In this document: positions 35,187 through 43,349 of the stretch, one piece after another
Numbering within the stretch: the stretch's first letter is position 1
How the letters are laid out: every line of letters starts with the position of its first letter
Translations under genes and position numbers: made by a program
Source of the DNA: Acidobacteriota bacterium
GTDB lineage: Bacteria > Acidobacteriota > Thermoanaerobaculia > Multivoradales > UBA5704
DNA length: 64,000 nt
NCBI GenBank assembly: GCA_040005235.1
Contig: JBDTZG010000019.1
Span: forward strand, 32,144-96,143
Direction of reading: 5' to 3'
Notes under the pieces: model-generated
What the model was told of the DNA's origin: nothing
Databases searched by the model: none
The model's input: the letters and a program-made list of their open reading frames with translations, nothing else

Positions 35187-36214
35187 AAGCCGTCAAACGC
35201 AAGGTCGAACCTTTCTCTAGTCAGGTCGAAGTCAACTCCTTCTTCTCTGGGATTGGTGGCTTTGACTTAGGATTTGAGCGCGCCGGCTTTCAGATCTCAA
35301 TGCAGTGCGAGATCGACCCTTTCTGCACTGCGATACTAGAAAAGGCGTGGCCCAACGTTCCTCGCTTTAGAGACGTCAAGAGGCTTCAAAATGCAGATAT
35401 CCCTGTTTCCGAAGTTTGGGTCGGAGGCTTCCCCTGCCAAGACGTCTCATTGGCGCGAATGGGGCCAAGAGCTGGACTTAGAGGGTCCCGATCTGGACTC
35501 TTTCATGACTTTGCTCGCCTACTTGGAGACGCACGTCCCAGAGTTTTTCTCATCGAGAACGTTCCGGGTCTCCTCTCTAGTCACGGCGGACGAGACTTCG
35601 GGCTCATTATTCGAACGCTGGCCGACTTCGGGTATGGCGTGGGATGGCGCGTGCTTAACAGCCAGCACTTCGGCGTCCCCCAGTCAAGGAATAGAGTCTA
35701 CATTGTCGGATGTTATCGAGACCGCACAGGTCCAGCAGAAATACTTTTTGAGCCCGAACGCGGCGGCGGGGATTTTGCGGCGGGCAAACCGCATGGGGCG
35801 CCCGCTCTTTCCCCCTTTAAGGAAAGCCTTGGAGATCCTCTCAAGGGACCAAACTATCAACGAATAGCCTATTGCCTCTACGCATGCTCAGCTCGACATA
35901 CAGGTACCGACTGGAGCCGCACTTATGTAAGCTATCCGGCCGGGCGTGTTCGTCGACTAACTCCCGCTGAATGCGAACCCTTGCAGGGCTTTCCTTCCGG
36001 TTGGACTTTGCCTGAAAACTATGCGGCCAGTGATGAAAAGCTCGACTCACTGAGATATACCGCGCTAGGTAATGCCGTTACGGTTCCCGTTGTTGAATGG
36101 CTCGCGCATAGAATTCAACGGTACTTACGTATTACTGGGGAGGTCACGGAACCCCTGGAACGGCCGACTTTAGCATCTCGAGAAGCTGTGGCCGCGGCCA
36201 GTCTTTCATATTAG
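35183..36214 (+). CDS. DNA (cytosine-5)-methyltransferase
   Basis: FSGIGG (I), GGFPCQD (IV), ENVPGL (VI), PQSRNRVY (VIII), RRLTPAEC..LQGFP (IX), LGNAV (X). Confidence 0.93.
   Translation: MKAVKRKVEPFSSQVEVNSFFSGIGGFDLGFERAGFQISMQCEIDPFCTAILEKAWPNVPRFRDVKRLQNADIPVSEVWVGGFPCQDVSLARMGPRAGLRGSRSGLFHDFARLLGDARPRVFLIENVPGLLSSHGGRDFGLIIRTLADFGYGVGWRVLNSQHFGVPQSRNRVYIVGCYRDRTGPAEILFEPERGGGDFAAGKPHGAPALSPFKESLGDPLKGPNYQRIAYCLYACSARHTGTDWSRTYVSYPAGRVRRLTPAECEPLQGFPSGWTLPENYAASDEKLDSLRYTALGNAVTVPVVEWLAHRIQRYLRITGEVTEPLERPTLASREAVAAASLSY
35391..35867 (+). CDS. Alternate-frame ORF nested inside the C5-MTase (M.EcoHK31I beta-polypeptide-like)
   Basis: 158-aa stop-free frame in a lower-GC gene; WPTSGMAWDG, ESTLSDVIE, KYFLSPNAAAGILRRA. 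Confidence 0.65.
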   Translation: MQISLFPKFGSEASPAKTSHWREWGQELDLEGPDLDSFMTLLAYLETHVPEFFSSRTFRVSSLVTADETSGSLFERWPTSGMAWDGACLTASTSASPSQGIESTLSDVIETAQVQQKYFLSPNAAAGILRRANRMGRPLFPPLRKALEILSRDQTINE

Positions 36215-37328
36215 CAGGAAGGCGCGATGGTGGAATCGCGCCGCAATCCTCCTGCAGTGTGCTGACGCTAAACTCCGCGTCTGCCATTAGCAGCCTTTCG
36301 GCAGCTCCCTGTGCCACCTCAACTGCATAACGGTGATCCTGATGCTGAATAACGATAAGCATCTCGTCGAATGCCCAATGATGAAGCTTGCATAGGCATA
36401 GGCCGTTAAAAGTCTGATCTAGATCGTAGTTGCTCCACGGCAGAATGTGCGCCGCGTCAACTCCAGGCGAACTGATTGGTGTCGGAGGAAAGCGCTTCCC
36501 GCAGACGAGACAGGTTGCTCGGTATGCGTTCCTGACGCGCTCGCGAAAGACTGCACTCTTGGGACCTCTCGCGTTGGCCCACCGTTTCCATTCTTTTGCG
36601 ATGCGCAAGCGAACGCCCGCCTCTTCGGGATCGACCTCATCAATTCCAAGTGTTGGTTCTGGAACCTGAAGCTTTAGGGAATCTTTCAAGGCCTCTGCGA
36701 CATCCAACTGATAGCTGTAGTTGATGCCCAGGTCTCCGCTCATAGCCGAGACTGTCTCTTGCAACTCACTTACAAGATCTTCAGCGCCTTTCGTGACAGT
36801 CGATCCACTATAAACCGAAGATTTGTGAGCGCGAAGGCGGCGCGCGATAGCTTCTGGGAATTCATCCGCAGCCGCCCAAGCGGCAGTGATCAATTCAATT
36901 CGGTCAGTCAATCTAATCTCTTCAGCCGCAATTGAGTTATTCTGGAGAATCAAGTTGCCGAGCCGCAGCACTACACTGCCGTCCAGCTTGAGAGTCGCAG
37001 CATCAACGACGATATGTTCGACGACGTACCGATTCTTTTGAAGGACGGGTGCGCCAACTCCCTTTGAGGCATCAGAGCGCACCGGTTCAGGGAGCATCAG
37101 TGCCGCAGCGAGCTGGCGAGCTACCTGCATCTGCGCGTTTTCACCGCGCCGAAGCCGGAGTTTCCCACCCTGCCGTTTGACGATAAGTCCAGTATCGACC
37201 GTCCAGTCATCCGTCAATTCAAGTACTATCCGGCGTTCAACTAAGTCGGCTGGTTGAATGCCTCCAGGCGTTTCCTCGCTAATCTCATACTCGCCTCGCC
37301 CGCCGCTCGTACGCCTGGAGATTCGCAT
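36144..37328 (-). CDS. HNH endonuclease, probable restriction enzyme
   Basis: FRERVRNAY..CLVCG, VDAAHILPWS, NGLCLCKLHHWAFD; convergent with the MTase and overlapping its 3' end. Confidence 0.82.
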   Translation of the reverse strand: MRISRRTSGGRGEYEISEETPGGIQPADLVERRIVLELTDDWTVDTGLIVKRQGGKLRLRRGENAQMQVARQLAAALMLPEPVRSDASKGVGAPVLQKNRYVVEHIVVDAATLKLDGSVVLRLGNLILQNNSIAAEEIRLTDRIELITAAWAAADEFPEAIARRLRAHKSSVYSGSTVTKGAEDLVSELQETVSAMSGDLGINYSYQLDVAEALKDSLKLQVPEPTLGIDEVDPEEAGVRLRIAKEWKRWANARGPKSAVFRERVRNAYRATCLVCGKRFPPTPISSPGVDAAHILPWSNYDLDQTFNGLCLCKLHHWAFDEMLIVIQHQDHRYAVEVAQGAAERLLMADAEFSVSTLQEDCGAIPPSRLPANMKDWPRPQLLEMLKSAVPGVP

Positions 37329-37477
37329 GCGGCCGATTATCGTGCGGGTGCCGGGTGTTAGGCAATAGAACTACTGGTCCTAGCTCAGCTTGAATCAGTT
37401 CAACCCCTTGGGCGATTTGCCTTGGCCTCACCGCCTCGGCAACCTCGTAGGCTCCCCCGATCCCACCCGCAGCGCGT

Positions 37478-37667
37478 TTCCGCATCACCCTGGGGGCTCT
37501 TTCGCCCGCTCTCGATCGTCGGCGTACCAGGGGTCGATGCTTCGCGGGGCGTTCGGCCACGCGCTACGGCGGGCGGTCTGTTCTTTCCGGGTCGGAGACC
37601 CTTGCGCTCTCTGTGTGCTCGCCGCGAATGCCCGTATCCGCGGATTTTCGAGACGTTCTCAGCTTGA
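37478..37667 (+). pseudogene. cas6: Frameshifted N-terminal remnant of a Cas6-family gene
   Basis: Pieces in different frames: FRITLGALSPA / YQGSMLRGAFGHALRRAVC...PCALCVL / RRECPYPRIFET. Confidence 0.65.
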
Positions 37668-37920
37668 TGAACGCCACCGCTGCCGCCCCGCCTCTGACCC
37701 TGCCGACCTTGCCCTCCGGCTTTCCGGCCACCGAGCCCGGAAGGCCGAGCGCCGAGGTCCATTTTCCGGATGCGCAAAGCACTTTTCTGGGCGCCACGGG
37801 CCACCTTTCGCGACCCGTCATTCACAAAAGGAGTTTCGTCACGAAGGATACCAGGGTTCGTCTCTCGCAAGCCCTCGCAAATCAGCGATTCAGGCGCTCA
37901 TCCCAGCCGCGAGAGTCTCT

Positions 37921-37971
37921 ATGACCGCCCTGGTCTTCGTTGACACAAACGTCCGCCTCTATCACCATTGA
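37921..37971 (+). pseudogene. PIN-toxin N-terminal stub
   Basis: MTALVFVDTNV then a stop after 16 aa. Confidence 0.45.
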
Positions 37972-37974
37972 CCC

Positions 37975-38211
37975 ATGGCCAGCCCCCTATTCGACTTCAG
38001 CCATCTCACCTCGGCCGAACGCGAGCAGCTCGCCAACGAGCTATGGGAGAGCCTCGCTGACGAACCGGAGGCGCTTCCTCTGACCGATGCGCAGGCCCAT
38101 GAGCTTGACCGGCGCCTGGCGGCCTGTCAAAGCGATCCAAACTCCGCCGTTCCTTGGCGCGAGGCCCTCGAAGATCTCGAGAAAAGCGGCGCGCGCCCCC
38201 CGCTCTTCTAA
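37975..38211 (+). CDS. Addiction module antidote protein (TIGR02574-like)
   Basis: LTSAEREQLANELWESL...LTDAQAHELDRRL...AVPW. Confidence 0.85.
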   Translation: MASPLFDFSHLTSAEREQLANELWESLADEPEALPLTDAQAHELDRRLAACQSDPNSAVPWREALEDLEKSGARPPLF

Positions 38212-38575
38212 TTAGGCCCGAAGCACGGGCTGACACATCCGAGAAGCGCGGGAGCGGTACGAAGAGAGCCGGCCGGAGTTAGGCCGGGAGTTCCTGGCGG
38301 CTGCCCGGGGAGGTGCTCGAAGCGATCGAGAAATCTCCGCAGCGATTTCCTCGCGTCCGGGGGGAAGTTCGCGATCCCAAGATTTGGCAGGCCCGGTTGG
38401 TTCCCGACAGACAGCTGCGCCGTGAGCTTTTGACACCGGCGCCGCCCTATCGCTCGGGAGTCCAAGGCGCTCCCGATTCCGTGAAGGCTTCTTCCACCTC
38501 GTCGGCATCTGCTGCGCTTCCCTGTGGCCTTTCTCGCCCGCGCCGTCTGTTGGCGAAGACTGCTAAGCTCGACCA

Positions 38576-38794
38576 ATGAACGCACGTGTTGATCGCCTCG
38601 TTGACGAAGCTCTCTCGCTGGCACCGGACGAGAGGTCCGCGGTCGTCCTTCTGTTGATGGACAGTCTCGACGGTGAAGACTCGGTCACCGAAGCTTGGGC
38701 GGCCGAGATCCGCAAGCGCAAGAGCGATCTGCACTCCGGCGCGGTGCGGGCGGTGCCTTGGGATCAGGCCCGTGCCCGGCTGAACGCCCTGTGA
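38576..38794 (+). CDS. Addiction module antidote protein
   Basis: EALSLAPDERS...LMDSLD...AWAAEIRKR...GAVRAVPWDQARARL. Confidence 0.85.
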   Translation: MNARVDRLVDEALSLAPDERSAVVLLLMDSLDGEDSVTEAWAAEIRKRKSDLHSGAVRAVPWDQARARLNAL

Positions 38795-39093
38795 GTGAGT
38801 TTTTCGTCGAACTCGCCCCCGCCGCAGAGGACGAGATCGGCGACGCTTACCTTTGGTACCACGAGCGCAATCCTCTCGCGGCGAACGCCTTCCGAAGCGA
38901 GGTCTTCGATGCGATCGACCGAATCGCGATGGCGCCGATGACTTGGCCGGCGGACGACGAAGGGGACCGGAAGTACAGTCTGCGACGCTTCCCCTACTCC
39001 GTGCTCTACGAAGTTCAGGGGAGCACCGTGACGATTTTGGCGGTAGCCCACCATCGGCGCAAACCGAACTACTGGCGCGAGCGGCAATCCTGA
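38791..39093 (+). CDS. RelE/ParE-family toxin
   Basis: PAAEDEIGDAYLWY, RRFPYSVLY, ILAVAHHRRKPNYW; GTG start overlaps the antitoxin stop. Confidence 0.88.
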   Translation: MSEFFVELAPAAEDEIGDAYLWYHERNPLAANAFRSEVFDAIDRIAMAPMTWPADDEGDRKYSLRRFPYSVLYEVQGSTVTILAVAHHRRKPNYWRERQS

Positions 39094-39361
39094 AGTAGCT
39101 CGCCCCACGCATAACCCACCCCTCCGTGACCCGGCGGCCTACCCGCCCGGGTATTCCCGGACGGTGTGCCGCCTTATTTACGTAGCATGTTCTTGGGATT
39201 GTCCCCTTAGTCGTGTCGTCACTAGTGTGGGTTCCCAAGCGCAGGAGAAAGGGGTGGGCCATGGCGACGCTACTGCGGGGAGGGTTCTCGAACGTGGCCC
39301 TTACCTTAGCCCCTGAGCTTTCCGCTGGCCTTGGTTGCCTTCCTTTCGGAGGGTTGCGCTG

Positions 39362-39640
39362 ATGTGCCTCGCGATTCCCGGTCAGGTCGTCGAGATCGTC
39401 GATCCCGCCAATCGGCTCGCCAAGGTGGACGTGGCGGGGGTTCGGCGGACGATCAACATCGCTTTGCTGGATCAGGACGGTGGCGGGGCCGAGGTGGGCG
39501 ATTGGGTTTTGATCCACGTTGGGTTTGCGATGTCGAAGGTCGACGAGGCGGAGGCCAAGGCGACGTTGCGGCTGGTCGAGCAGATGGGCACCGAATACGA
39601 AGAAGAGATGCGCGAGCTGGTCGAAAGCGCCATCGAATGA
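39362..39640 (+). CDS. hypC: Hydrogenase maturation chaperone HypC
   Basis: MCLAIPGQV, VGDWVLIHVGFAM. Confidence 0.93.
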   Translation: MCLAIPGQVVEIVDPANRLAKVDVAGVRRTINIALLDQDGGGAEVGDWVLIHVGFAMSKVDEAEAKATLRLVEQMGTEYEEEMRELVESAIE

Positions 39641-39930
39641 ACGACTCGCCGCGGGGCCTTTCCGCTTCTTCTGCGCGTTGCGCGGACGAGGGGCATTGCA
39701 TCTCCTGCTCCGACGAGGGGGTGCCGATGCGGGTGCTCTCGATTTCGGACGACGGTTTGGCTCTTTGCATCCCTGACGAAGATTCGGGCAGCGAACCTGC
39801 AGACGAGCCGGTCGAAGTACAGATCGATCTCGTGTCTCCCGTGATGCCGGGCGACGAGCTTCTCGTGCATGCTGGCGTGGCGCTCTTACGGCTTGGGGGC
39901 GGATCGGTTCGATCGGAGGCGGTCGCGTGA
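39637..39930 (+). CDS. Second HypC/HupF-like protein
   Basis: CISCSDEG..MRV, PGDELLVHAGVAL. Confidence 0.75.
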   Translation: MNDSPRGLSASSARCADEGHCISCSDEGVPMRVLSISDDGLALCIPDEDSGSEPADEPVEVQIDLVSPVMPGDELLVHAGVALLRLGGGSVRSEAVA

Positions 39931-41042
39931 AATTCGTCGACGAATATCGCAATGCCGATCTGGGGCGCGCGCTGTCGGCGCAGATTCGCGCGATCGTCGA
40001 GCCCGGCCGGCAGTACAAGGTGATGGAAGTTTGCGGCGGCCACACCCACACCATCTATAAGTACGGCGTCGACGATCTCCTCCCGGAGAACGTCGAGCTG
40101 GTCCACGGCCCGGGCTGTCCGGTGTGCGTGATTCCGATGGGCCGGGTGGACGACGGCATCGCGGTGGCGAAAGTGCCGGGAGTGATCTTCACCTGCTTCG
40201 GCGACATGATGCGCGTCCCCGGTTCGTTGGGGACCCTCCTCGAAGCGAAGGCCGCCGGGGCCGACGTGCGGATGGTGTATTCGCCGCTCGATGCCCTGCG
40301 GATCGCCAAGCAGAACCCGGACCGCGACGTCGTCTTCTTCGCGATCGGCTTCGAGACCACCGCCCCTTCGACCGCGCTGACATTGATGCGCGCGAAGGCC
40401 GAGGGTGTCCGCAATTTTTTCTGCTTCTGTAACCACGTCACCATCGTTCCGCCGCTGCGCGCGCTGCTCGAATCGCCCGACCTGCGGCTGGACGGATTCA
40501 TCGGCCCGGGCCACGTCTCGACCGTGGTGGGCGCTCTGCCGTTCGAGTTCATCCCCAAGGATTACGGCAAGCCGGTCGCGATCTCGGGCTTCGAGCCGCT
40601 CGACCTGCTGCAATCGGTCTACATGGTGCTGCTCCAGCTCGCCGAGGGACGTTGCGAGGTCGAAAACCAATACGCCCGCGTGGTGCCCTATGGCGGCAAC
40701 GAGCGCGCGCTCCAAGTGATCTCCGAGGTGTTCGAGCTGCGGCCGCATTTCGAATGGCGCGGCCTGGGCTTCATCTCCCATAGCGGTTTGAAGTTGAGCC
40801 GGGCCTACGCCGCGTTCGACGCCGAGTTGCGCTACGAGGTTCCCGGCATTCGCGTCGCCGATCCGAAGGCCTGCCAGTGTGGCGAGGTGCTCAAAGGGGT
40901 GATCAAGCCCTGGGAGTGCAAAGTGTTCGGCACCGCCTGCACGCCGGAGACGCCGATCGGGACCTGCATGGTGTCGAGCGAGGGGGCCTGCGCGGCCTAT
41001 TACAACTACGGGCGCTTCGCCCGCGAGCGGGTGGTCGCATGA
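39927..41042 (+). CDS. hypD: Hydrogenase maturation protein HypD
   Basis: MEVCGGHTH, HGPGCPVCV, GFETTAP, PGHVS, CMVSSEGAC. Confidence 0.95.
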   Translation: MKFVDEYRNADLGRALSAQIRAIVEPGRQYKVMEVCGGHTHTIYKYGVDDLLPENVELVHGPGCPVCVIPMGRVDDGIAVAKVPGVIFTCFGDMMRVPGSLGTLLEAKAAGADVRMVYSPLDALRIAKQNPDRDVVFFAIGFETTAPSTALTLMRAKAEGVRNFFCFCNHVTIVPPLRALLESPDLRLDGFIGPGHVSTVVGALPFEFIPKDYGKPVAISGFEPLDLLQSVYMVLLQLAEGRCEVENQYARVVPYGGNERALQVISEVFELRPHFEWRGLGFISHSGLKLSRAYAAFDAELRYEVPGIRVADPKACQCGEVLKGVIKPWECKVFGTACTPETPIGTCMVSSEGACAAYYNYGRFARERVVA

Positions 41043-42205
41043 CGACGCTCGAACCGCCCGTAGATAAATCCATCGGACGATTGGCCGCCAAGTCGACGCT
41101 GAAATCCAGCGAAGACGAACGCGAGCTTCGCGTGCTCGACCGGATCGAAACGGCCCGGTCGAAGCCAGCAAGCTTTACCGACGCGCGGATCAACATGTCG
41201 CACGGCGCCGGCGGCAAGGCGACCCAGACGTTGATCGAAGGGCTGTTCCTCCCCGCATTCCAATCTTCTGCATTGAACGTCCTTGGCGATGCCGGCCTGG
41301 TCACCATCCCCGGGGAGAACGGCGCTCCGGCGACCCGGCTCGCGATGACCACCGACAGCTTCGTGGTGAAGCCGATCCGGTTTCCCGGCGGCTCGATCGG
41401 CGAGCTGGCGGTGAACGGCACAGTGAACGACCTCGCGGTGTCCGGGGCCCGGCCGCTCGCGCTCACCCTCTCCCTGGTGCTCGAAGAGGGGCTTTCCTCC
41501 GACGAGCTGCGTTTCGAGGTCGAGGCGATCGCCCGGGCCGCGCGGGTCGCGGGAGTGGAGATCGTCGCGGGCGACACCAAGGTGGTCGAGCGGGGTCACG
41601 CCGACAAGATGTACATCTGCACCACGGGCGTCGGGCGGATCGATCCGCGGGCCGCGCTTTCGCCGGCCGGATTGCGGCCGGGCGACAAGATCCTCCTCTC
41701 GGGACCGATCGGCGGCCATGGCGTCGCGATCATGTTGGCGCGGGGCGAATTCGAGCTGGACGCGGAGGTGGAATCCGACACCCGCTCGCTCTGGCCCGCG
41801 GTGGACGCTCTGCTGGACGCCGCTGGGCCGGGCCTTCGCTGTCTGCGCGACGCGACCCGCGGGGGAGTGGCCTCCGTGTTGAACGAGCTGGCGCGCGCCT
41901 CGAAAGTCGCGATGGTGGTTCGGGAAGGGGCGGTGCCCGTCCCTCCCGCCGTCGCCGGGGCGTGCGAGATCCTGGGGATCGACCCGATGTACGTCGCGAA
42001 CGAGGGGACGCTGGTCGCATTCGTCGCTCCGGAGCATGCGGCGGCGGCGCTTGCCGCGCTGCGCGGGGTCGCCGGTTGCGAAGAGGCGGCCGAGATCGGC
42101 GAGGTGAAAAGCGATCCCCCCGGGATGGTTTTGGTTGAAACGGCATTCGGAGGAAAACGAGTGATGGATCTGCTGGTCGGAGATCCGTTGCCGCGCATCT
42201 GCTAG
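41039..42205 (+). CDS. hypE: Hydrogenase maturation protein HypE
   Basis: SHGAGG, TTDSFVV, GTVNDLA, GDTKVV, RDATRGG, ANEG, C-terminal PRIC. Confidence 0.95.
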   Translation: MTTLEPPVDKSIGRLAAKSTLKSSEDERELRVLDRIETARSKPASFTDARINMSHGAGGKATQTLIEGLFLPAFQSSALNVLGDAGLVTIPGENGAPATRLAMTTDSFVVKPIRFPGGSIGELAVNGTVNDLAVSGARPLALTLSLVLEEGLSSDELRFEVEAIARAARVAGVEIVAGDTKVVERGHADKMYICTTGVGRIDPRAALSPAGLRPGDKILLSGPIGGHGVAIMLARGEFELDAEVESDTRSLWPAVDALLDAAGPGLRCLRDATRGGVASVLNELARASKVAMVVREGAVPVPPAVAGACEILGIDPMYVANEGTLVAFVAPEHAAAALAALRGVAGCEEAAEIGEVKSDPPGMVLVETAFGGKRVMDLLVGDPLPRIC

Positions 42206-42234
42206 GCCCACGAGGAGAGGAAAGGAGCGCGTGT

Positions 42235-43299
42235 ATGGCCGATGTCCAGTTTTCACCGCAGCAGAAGAAAACGGAAAGCATCACCGCCCACGTCATCTGG
42301 ATGACGACGGGCCTCTCGTGCGAAGGAGATTCGGTCGCCCTCACCTCGGCGACCAATCCCAGCCTTGAGGACATCGTCCGGGGCATCATCCCCGGGATGC
42401 CGAAAGTCGTGATCCACAACTCGGTGATCGCGTTTGAAAACGGCGCCGAGTTCATCCAGGCCTGGTGGGACGCGGAAGCCGGCAAGCTCGACCCGTTCGT
42501 CCTGGTGGTCGAGGGCTCGATTCCGAACGAGAAGATCAAGTCCGAGGGGTATTGGGCGGCGATCGGGGTCAACCCGGAAACCGGCCAGCCGATCACCACC
42601 AACGAGTGGGTCGATCGCCTCGCGCCGAAGGCCGCGGCGGTGGTGGCAGTTGGCACCTGCGCCACCTACGGCGGCATCCCGGCGATGAAGAACAACCCGA
42701 CCGGCGCGATGGGATTGCCCGACTATCTGGGCTGGAATTGGAAATCGAAAGCCGGGCTGCCGGTCGTCTGCATCCCGGGCTGCCCGGCGCAGCCGGACAA
42801 CATGTCAGAAGTATTGCTCTATCTCGTGCTCCAGCTCGCCGGCATGGCGCCGATGATCGATTTGGACGAAGCGCTCCGGCCGCGTTGGCTGTTCGGCCGG
42901 ACGGTTCACGAGCAGTGCAACCGGGCGGCGTTTTACGAGCATGGCGACTTCGCCAAGGAGTACGGCACCGATCACCGTTGCCTGGTCAAGCTCGGTTGTA
43001 AAGGCCCGGTGGTCAAATGCAACGTGCCGATCCGCGGCTGGCAGAGCGGGGTGGGCGGTTGCCCGAACGTCGGCGGCATCTGCATCGGCTGCACCATGCC
43101 GGGCTTCCCCGACAAGTACATGCCGTTCATGGACGCGGACTTCAAGGGATCGGCCTCGTCGTTCGTGGCGCGATTTACCTACGGTCCGTTCCTTCGTTTC
43201 TTCCGCAATCAGTCGGTGAAAAACATCGGTGACCGGGAGCCCGCGTGGCGGACTCCGGGGACGAAGCTCGAATCGGGCTACCAGGCCCGCTGGAAATAG
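42235..43299 (+). CDS. hhyS: Group 1h [NiFe]-hydrogenase small subunit
   Basis: GLSCEGDS, VVEGSIP, GTCATYGGIP, IPGCP, VHEQCNR, CLVKLGCKGP, GGCPNVGGICIGCTMPGFPD; no Tat signal. Confidence 0.88.
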   Translation: MADVQFSPQQKKTESITAHVIWMTTGLSCEGDSVALTSATNPSLEDIVRGIIPGMPKVVIHNSVIAFENGAEFIQAWWDAEAGKLDPFVLVVEGSIPNEKIKSEGYWAAIGVNPETGQPITTNEWVDRLAPKAAAVVAVGTCATYGGIPAMKNNPTGAMGLPDYLGWNWKSKAGLPVVCIPGCPAQPDNMSEVLLYLVLQLAGMAPMIDLDEALRPRWLFGRTVHEQCNRAAFYEHGDFAKEYGTDHRCLVKLGCKGPVVKCNVPIRGWQSGVGGCPNVGGICIGCTMPGFPDKYMPFMDADFKGSASSFVARFTYGPFLRFFRNQSVKNIGDREPAWRTPGTKLESGYQARWK

Positions 43300-43349
43300 C
43301 TTCGCCCCATTAGAAGAGTTCAAACCAGCCACAAAGGAGAGCTTGATCC

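Noticed and set aside
34532-39100. Prophage or ICE integrated at tRNA-Arg
   Set aside because: No integrase, phage or conjugation genes, and no duplicated tRNA 3' end was seen.
39261-39308. 15-aa ORF MATLLREGSRTWPLP with a purine-rich RBS upstream of hypC
   Set aside because: Too short and featureless to support; it could be a remnant or leader, but I have no evidence.
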